DNA from: an uncultured Arcobacteraceae bacterium
GTDB taxonomy: Bacteria; Campylobacterota; Campylobacteria; Campylobacterales; Arcobacteraceae
DNA length: 23,826 nucleotides
Assembly: GCA_964022095.1 (NCBI GenBank)
Contig: CAXHZO010000026.1
Location: 1-23,826, forward strand
Direction of reading: 5' to 3'
The position numbers and the translations under genes were made by a program. Each line of letters begins with the position of its first letter. The first letter of the stretch is position 1. The notes under the pieces are model-generated. The model made no database searches. It was not told the origin of the DNA and saw only the letters and a list, made by a program, of their open reading frames with translations. Of the stretch, positions 18,224 through 23,826 are shown one piece after another.

Positions 18224-19075
18224 CTATTTATTCAACTCACTTTTTAACTCTTCAAGTCTAGCTATTCTATCTTCAGTTGTTGGATGAGTTCTAAATAAGC
18301 CACCTAAACTAGACTTTAAACCAGAAAAAGGATTTATTATAAACATATGTGCTGTTTGTTCTGTTGCATTATTTATTTGATGTCCATTTTTTGCATATCT
18401 ATCAAGTTTTGATAAAGCTGCTTGAAGACCAGAAGGATTTCCCGTCATTCTAGCTGCACCCTCATCTGCCATAAACTCTCTACTTCTGCTTACTGTCATT
18501 TGAATAATTGAAGCTGCAAGAGGTAACAATAAAGCCATGACAATCATTACTATTGGATTTCCATTTTGCCTATTATTTCCAAACATTGCACCAAATTGCA
18601 TCATATTTGCAATCATAGCTATTGCACCTGCAAAAACTGCAGCAATAGTACCTATTAAAATGTCATAATGTTTAATATGAGATAACTCATGAGCAATTAC
18701 ACCTTCAAGCTCATCTTCACTTAACATTTCATATAAGCCCATAGTAACTGCAACTGCAGCATTTTCATGGTTTCTTCCTGTTGCAAATGCATTTGGAGTA
18801 TGATCTGCTATTAAATATACTTTTGGCATTGGCAAACCAGCTTTTTGTGTAAGCTTTTTAGTAATTTTATAAACTGGATGTCTTATATCTTCAATTGGTG
18901 TAGCATTATAATGTTTTAAAACTTGTTTATCTGAGTAGTAATATGCATAAAAATTCATTCCACCTGCAATTAAAAATGCAATTAGCATACCAGTGGTTCC
19001 ACCAAATGAATATCCAATAAAAACAAATAATACTGTTAAGCTTGTTAATAAAAATACAGTTTTTACTTGTTCCAT
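18224..19075 (-). CDS. htpX: Membrane Zn protease HtpX (M48)
   Basis: [16 protein letters not shown] (HExxH), [16 protein letters not shown]. Start moved to ATG 19075, which has an AGGAG RBS at 19081-19085. Confidence 0.96.
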   Translation of the reverse strand: MEQVKTVFLLTSLTVLFVFIGYSFGGTTGMLIAFLIAGGMNFYAYYYSDKQVLKHYNATPIEDIRHPVYKITKKLTQKAGLPMPKVYLIADHTPNAFATGRNHENAAVAVTMGLYEMLSEDELEGVIAHELSHIKHYDILIGTIAAVFAGAIAMIANMMQFGAMFGNNRQNGNPIVMIVMALLLPLAASIIQMTVSRSREFMADEGAARMTGNPSGLQAALSKLDRYAKNGHQINNATEQTAHMFIINPFSGLKSSLGGLFRTHPTTEDRIARLEELKSELNK

Positions 19076-19104
19076 TTTTTCTCCTAAAATATTTTGTAAA
19101 TTTA

Positions 19105-19113
19105 ATGATACCA
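19105..19113 (-). promoter_or_regulatory. Putative extended -10 (TGGTATCAT) for htpX
   Basis: TGnTATCAT preceded by a T-tract, 29 nt upstream of the ATG. Confidence 0.55.
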
Positions 19114-19403
19114 AAAATTAATACCTTTGTTAAATAAAAGAGTAAATATAAAGAACTTTTAAAATTAATAATTCAATTATAATAAAGATTTCTAAAATTT
19201 ATAACTTAAAAGTATCTATATTATAGGTATAATTTTAAATTTATAATTTAATTGTTGTAAAAAATAATATATATGTGTTATTTTTAAAATATTTCTTGTA
19301 TTTCTTACAATGAACTATTGATTATTTACAAATTTTTAATTTTTATTAAAAAAAAAGCTAACTTAATTTAAAATCACTTACTAAATTTATTTAAAGACGG
19401 GTA

Positions 19404-19886
19404 ATGAAAAAACTTTATATTGTTAGACATACACAAAAAGAAGAAATTGATGGTAATACTGATGACTATGATAGAGAGCTTAGTTCAAAAGGTATAGAAG
19501 ATGCTAACTTAATTGCACAAACGTTAGCAGATAAAAATGATAAAATTGACTTAATTGTTGCTAGTCCTTCATCAAGAACTAGAAGTACAGCTGAAATTAT
19601 CTCAAAAAAAATTAATTATAGAAAAGCTGTTATGTACAATGAAGTGTTGTATATGGCTTTTGTAAATGAATTACTTGAAACAATTACTTATACCTATGAT
19701 ACAGTAAATACTATGGTATTAGTAGGGCATAATCCTTCACTGACTGCACTTGCCATTACATTAGTAGGATTTAAAGAGAAATTTGAGATGGGTGGAATAA
19801 TGGAAATCCAATTTGATTGTGATTCTTGGATAGATATTAGTAAAGAAAATGCAAAACTAATATCTTATGAGTTACCAAATATTTAG
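19404..19886 (+). CDS. sixA: SixA-like phosphohistidine phosphatase
   Basis: LYIVRH, DYDRELSSKG, ASPSSRTRST, LVGHNP; 160 aa. Confidence 0.85.
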   Translation: MKKLYIVRHTQKEEIDGNTDDYDRELSSKGIEDANLIAQTLADKNDKIDLIVASPSSRTRSTAEIISKKINYRKAVMYNEVLYMAFVNELLETITYTYDTVNTMVLVGHNPSLTALAITLVGFKEKFEMGGIMEIQFDCDSWIDISKENAKLISYELPNI

Positions 19887-19911
19887 GAAATAGTTAAACT
19901 ATTTTCCTAAA
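19882..19911. terminator. Inverted repeat spanning the convergent sixA and mnmE stop codons; possible bidirectional terminator
   Basis: TTTAGGAAATAGTT-A-AACTATTTTCCTAAA (14/15-nt arms, one bulge); AT-rich with no clean U tract. Confidence 0.5.
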
Positions 19912-21239
19912 CAAAACTCTCCAAACATTACATCTAACATCTCATCATTTTCATATGGTCTAGTTATTGTAGAAATATTTTCCAATGCTTCAGTTATATA
20001 GTGAGCAAAGAACTCTAACTCTCCACCTTGAAGTGGCATTTTAGATTGTTTAATATTATGTAGTGTATCTTCAACAGCAAATACTTGTCTTTTAGAAATT
20101 AATGACATTTCATCACTGTGCGTATTGTTATCTAAAATAGTTTCTATTTGTTTTATTAAAGGATTAATATCCTCTTTAGTAGAAATCTCAATATAATTGC
20201 TTATTAAACTTTTATCAAATTTATTTTCTAAATCTGATTTATTTAAAACTTTTATTATCTCTTTATTTTCAGTTTGATTTATAAGTTTTATAATCTCATT
20301 ATCTTCAGTATCACAAAGTTTACTATTATCAAATAAAGATATTACAATATCAGCTTCATCAATTGCTTTAATTGATTTTTCGATACCAATTTTTTCTATT
20401 ACATCATCTGCATTTCTAATACCAGCAGTGTCAACAATTTTTATAATATGAGTTCCAATTTTAACTGACTCTTCAATTGTATCCCTAGTAGTTCCTGCAA
20501 TATCAGAAATAATAGCTCTATCATAGTTTAGAAGCTTATTAAGAAGCGAAGACTTACCAACATTAGGCTTTCCTATTATTGCAACTTTAAAGCCTTCTAT
20601 CATGCCCTCTCTTCTTTTACTAGCTTCTAGGGTATTTTCTAGTTTTATTATGATTTTATCCATCTTGTTTTGAATTTGTTCATAAATATCACTAGGAAGG
20701 TCTTCTTCTGCATAATCAATTGATACTTCTGTATAAGCTAACATAAATAACAGATCTTCTCTAATATCATTTACAAAATCAGTTAATTCACCTTTTAACT
20801 GTCTTGCAAGTAATTTAACTGCGTCTTCACTTCTAGCTTCAATTATTTTTGATATTGCTTCTGCTTTTGATAAATCAATTTTATTATTAAAAAATGCTCT
20901 TTTTGAAAACTCACCTGGATTTGCTAATCTAGCACCTAGTTTTAAAACTTCATTTACAACCATATTAGCAATTGCAACTCCACCATGACATTGAAACTCA
21001 ACAACATCTTCACCAGTAAATGAAAAGGGAGCTTTAAAATATAAAACTAAAGCTTCATCAATAACTTCATTTTGTTTATCATGTAAAACACTAAGTGTTG
21101 CAAGTCTTGGTTGGAAATTTTCTTTTTTTGAGATTTTGCAAGCAATATCTAAAGCATTAGCTCCAGATATTCTAATAATTGAAATAGAACCTATTCCATT
21201 TGCAGTTGCAATTGCAACTATTGTACTATCATCAAACAA
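19899..21239 (-). CDS. mnmE: tRNA U34 modification GTPase MnmE/TrmE
   Basis: TIVAIAT, SFTGEDVVEFQCHGG, GKPNVGKSSL, GTTRD, DTAG, NKSD, terminal FCLGK. Start is probably TTG 21239, 1 nt after the jag stop; alternative ATG at 21266. Confidence 0.97.
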   Translation of the reverse strand: MFDDSTIVAIATANGIGSISIIRISGANALDIACKISKKENFQPRLATLSVLHDKQNEVIDEALVLYFKAPFSFTGEDVVEFQCHGGVAIANMVVNEVLKLGARLANPGEFSKRAFFNNKIDLSKAEAISKIIEARSEDAVKLLARQLKGELTDFVNDIREDLLFMLAYTEVSIDYAEEDLPSDIYEQIQNKMDKIIIKLENTLEASKRREGMIEGFKVAIIGKPNVGKSSLLNKLLNYDRAIISDIAGTTRDTIEESVKIGTHIIKIVDTAGIRNADDVIEKIGIEKSIKAIDEADIVISLFDNSKLCDTEDNEIIKLINQTENKEIIKVLNKSDLENKFDKSLISNYIEISTKEDINPLIKQIETILDNNTHSDEMSLISKRQVFAVEDTLHNIKQSKMPLQGGELEFFAHYITEALENISTITRPYENDEMLDVMFGEFCLGK

Positions 21240-21240
21240 T

Positions 21241-22113
21241 TTATACTTCTTTTGATCTGTACTCATTTACAAGTACATATTTATCACCTCTGACATTTGT
21301 TTTAACTGCTACATATTTATCAGGGAATTCATCTCTTAATCTTTTTAGTGCAATGTGAACTAATATACCATCTAAAGGTTTAGTCTTAAAAGTACCTTTT
21401 TCTTTGATAACTTCAATTACAGGCTCAAGATAAGTATGAATTGCATCTTCTTGATTCTTTAAAAATTCTGCAACTTCAAGTCTTAACATTAGCCCATATT
21501 TTTCATTTATCCAGTTAAATAAAATATATGATAAAGCTTTATATCTATAACCCTCTTTCCCTATTAAAAGTGCGCTATCACTACCTGTAAACTCTACATA
21601 TACAGTCTCTTCATCATAAAATTCAACTTTTATATCATCAATTCCATAACATGATTCACTAAATAAAGAGTTTATTCCTGCTTTGATTTCAACTAAAATA
21701 TCTTCTTTATCTTTTTTTACTACAATTTTTGACATTTGTGATTGAGTATCATCTTCATTATAAAAGTTGTCAAATATTTTGTCTTTTGGTTTTGGAGAGT
21801 CAAAACTTTTTTTCTGTTCTTTTACAGTTTGTGTTTGAGTTTGAGTTTTTTTATTGTTTGTTTCAATTCTTTGAGAAACTTCTTCAATATGAATATCTTT
21901 TTTCTCAAATGTTTTTACTTTTGTTTCACTTTTATATACTTTACAATTATCTTTATAACATACTTCAATAATTGCATTTTTTTTGCCAAAACCAAGAAAA
22001 CCTTTACTTGGTTGTTGGATTATTTCAATTTGTAAGTCAGTAATTGAGCAAGTAAAATCTTTACTTGCTAATTCATATACTGTCTCTAAACAATCTGCTT
22101 CAAACTTTTTCAT
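21241..22113 (-). CDS. jag: Jag/EloR-family RNA-binding protein
   Basis: Jag N-domain (IIQQPSKGFLGFGKKNAII), low-complexity linker, KH motif LLIGKEG; lies between yidC and mnmE. Confidence 0.88.
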   Translation of the reverse strand: MKKFEADCLETVYELASKDFTCSITDLQIEIIQQPSKGFLGFGKKNAIIEVCYKDNCKVYKSETKVKTFEKKDIHIEEVSQRIETNNKKTQTQTQTVKEQKKSFDSPKPKDKIFDNFYNEDDTQSQMSKIVVKKDKEDILVEIKAGINSLFSESCYGIDDIKVEFYDEETVYVEFTGSDSALLIGKEGYRYKALSYILFNWINEKYGLMLRLEVAEFLKNQEDAIHTYLEPVIEVIKEKGTFKTKPLDGILVHIALKRLRDEFPDKYVAVKTNVRGDKYVLVNEYRSKEV

Positions 22114-22122
22114 AATTGTTTC

Positions 22123-23736
22123 CTATTTTTTTAAAGCTCTTTGTCTCTCAAAAATTTTATTAATTGAGTATTGTTGAGCAATTGTAAATAAGTTATTTAC
22201 GAACCAGTATAACGTTAATCCTGCTGGGAACCATAAGAAGAAGAATGTAAAGATAACTGGTAAGAACTGGAATATCTTTTTTTGCATTTCATCTTGCATA
22301 GTATTTGGTGTAATTTTTTGTTGAATAAACATAGTAGCACCCATTAAAATTGGTAATACAAACCATGGATCCATCTCTGCTAGGTCATTAATCCATAAAA
22401 TCCACTCTGCACCTTTAAGCTCAATTGCATTTAATAAAACTCTATAGATTGCGAAGAAAACTGGAATTTGTAAAATCAGTGGTAAACATCCACCCATTGG
22501 GTTTGCACCATGTTTTTTGTATAATTCCATCATATGCATAGATTGTTTTTGTTTATCATCTTTATATTTAGTTTGAATCTCTTTCATTTTAGGAGCCAAA
22601 TCTTTTAGCTTCTGCATAGAAACCATACCTTTATAAGATAATGGATATAAAACTAATTTAATTAAAATTGTTAAAATAACAATAGTCCAACCCCAGTTTC
22701 CAACATATGATTGAATAAACTGTAATAATAAGAACATTGGTTTTGCAATAAATGTAAACCATCCATACTCAATAACATCAGTTAATTCAGGATTTAAAGC
22801 TTCTAAATCTTTGAAGTTTTTTGGTCCCATGTATCCTGAAAAAGAGATATTATTTCCACCATGAATAAATGCTTGTGGATTACTTTCTGCATCTGGCATT
22901 AAAGATAATGCTAATGATTTTTCAAAGTTATAAATAACTGTTGCATAGTATCTATCAAAGTTAGATACAAATTTAATTCCAACATAGTTTTTAGTTTTAT
23001 CTAAATCACCATCTGTTGTTAATTCCATGATTCCATCATTAAGTTTTAAATATAAACCATGGTCTGCATACATATCTGCTAATACATTTGGTCTAAATCC
23101 ATTTGTAATAAAAAATTTCTTTTCATTAGTAGAACTAACGGCTAAGTCATAATGACCATTTGGGTAAATAGTGAATTTTTTAGTTAATACTGTTTCACCT
23201 AAATCTTGTGTTAATACAATTTCTTGCTTAGAAGATGTAGCATCTACATTTGAAGAAGTAGTACTAGAAGCCACCTGGAAAGCTTTTTTATTAATATTAG
23301 CATCAGCGAATCTAACCTCTAAAGGTCTTAATTGATTAGCTTCAAATAATTTAATTTGATTTCCATCTTCATCTTTATACTTTGGCTCTAATAGTGTAAC
23401 TTGTGCTACTCTACCTAATGTATCAATCTCAATAATATTTCTTGCTGTTTTAATAACTGTTAATATTTCTGAAGATGCAATTGCTTTTGAAGATAAAGCA
23501 TCAACTGACTTTGACATATCAATTGGATTGCCAGTAGGATCAGTTTGTACCATTCCATCAATATTTGCATCTGGTGTTGCTTTTTGAGTTTGCTCAGTTT
23601 TAGCTTGCGCTTCTTTTGCCTCTTTTTGAGGCTTTAATACTAAGAACTCATATGCTATAAAAAACACAAAAACAACTAATGTCATAATTAACATTCGTTT
23701 TTGCATACCATTATTTTGATTCAAATTGTTATTCAT
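22123..23736 (-). CDS. yidC: Membrane protein insertase YidC
   Basis: N-terminal TM, periplasmic domain, IEYGWF, GNWGW, NPMGGCLP, QIPVF, PAGLTLYW. Confidence 0.98.
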   Translation of the reverse strand: MNNNLNQNNGMQKRMLIMTLVVFVFFIAYEFLVLKPQKEAKEAQAKTEQTQKATPDANIDGMVQTDPTGNPIDMSKSVDALSSKAIASSEILTVIKTARNIIEIDTLGRVAQVTLLEPKYKDEDGNQIKLFEANQLRPLEVRFADANINKKAFQVASSTTSSNVDATSSKQEIVLTQDLGETVLTKKFTIYPNGHYDLAVSSTNEKKFFITNGFRPNVLADMYADHGLYLKLNDGIMELTTDGDLDKTKNYVGIKFVSNFDRYYATVIYNFEKSLALSLMPDAESNPQAFIHGGNNISFSGYMGPKNFKDLEALNPELTDVIEYGWFTFIAKPMFLLLQFIQSYVGNWGWTIVILTILIKLVLYPLSYKGMVSMQKLKDLAPKMKEIQTKYKDDKQKQSMHMMELYKKHGANPMGGCLPLILQIPVFFAIYRVLLNAIELKGAEWILWINDLAEMDPWFVLPILMGATMFIQQKITPNTMQDEMQKKIFQFLPVIFTFFFLWFPAGLTLYWFVNNLFTIAQQYSINKIFERQRALKK

Positions 23737-23826
23737 TATTCTTTTTCCACTCCCGGTTTTTTACTACTAAATACTTGCCATTTTCTAATGGAATATACCA
23801 ATATTTTATTTTGATTTTTTCAAAAT
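23729..23826 (-). CDS. yidD: 3' end of upstream gene, probably membrane protein insertion efficiency factor YidD (partial)
   Basis: Open frame from the window edge: ...FEKIKIKYWYIPLENGKYLVVKNREWKKNNE*, overlapping the yidC start by 8 nt. Identity comes from conserved yidD-yidC-jag-mnmE synteny; the conserved Cys core is outside the window. Confidence 0.65.
   Translation of the reverse strand, partial: FEKIKIKYWYIPLENGKYLVVKNREWKKNNE

Noticed and set aside
19114-19403. Possible oriC (AT-rich, near mnmE-yidC, with parAB in the window)
   Set aside because: No cluster of DnaA boxes (only one degenerate TTATTTACA at 19322-19330) and no dnaA; characterised Campylobacterota origins flank dnaA.
21826-21846. 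Short hexamer repeat encoding TQTQTQT in jag
   Set aside because: About three imperfect in-frame units in a low-complexity linker; not a CRISPR array or a convincing phase-variation tract.
14729-22177. Short ORFs 14729-14911, 15199-15576, 15994-16182, 21729-21971, 21742-22035, 21983-22177
   Set aside because: Antisense shadows of the M15 peptidase, purE, purK, jag and yidC.
23736-23819. Minus-strand frame ending in TAA at 23736-23738 as the upstream gene
   Set aside because: This frame has a TGA near the window edge; the frame ending at 23729 is open throughout and fits a YidD tail.

Overview
Low-GC chromosomal segment from a Campylobacterota bacterium, most likely family Arcobacteraceae (inferred from gene order and protein style). 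It is mostly core genes: minus-strand rplU-rpmA-obgE-proB-fmt-[AEC transporter, + strand]-birA-parA-parB-atpF'-atpF-atpH-atpA(partial); a Rid-family gene and dnaG divergent from lapB-like-rnhA-rnc-aroC; and yidD(partial)-yidC-jag-mnmE. Between aroC and mnmE lies a variable-looking block: secreted M15 peptidase, sbtA-sbtB-purK-purE, htpX and sixA. The most interesting element is the tightly coupled four-gene operon at 15168-18145 (-). It joins an SbtA-family Na+/bicarbonate transporter and its PII-like SbtB partner to the bicarbonate-consuming N5-CAIR synthetase PurK and a class I PurE, suggesting a bicarbonate-supply module for purine synthesis that may be gated by adenylates. Other observations: probable leaderless mRNAs for birA and dnaG, a Rid protein lacking the conserved catalytic Glu, and an orphan promoter directly followed by a terminator. 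No rRNA, tRNA, CRISPR array or mobile element was recognised. All family assignments come from motif recognition, not database searches.
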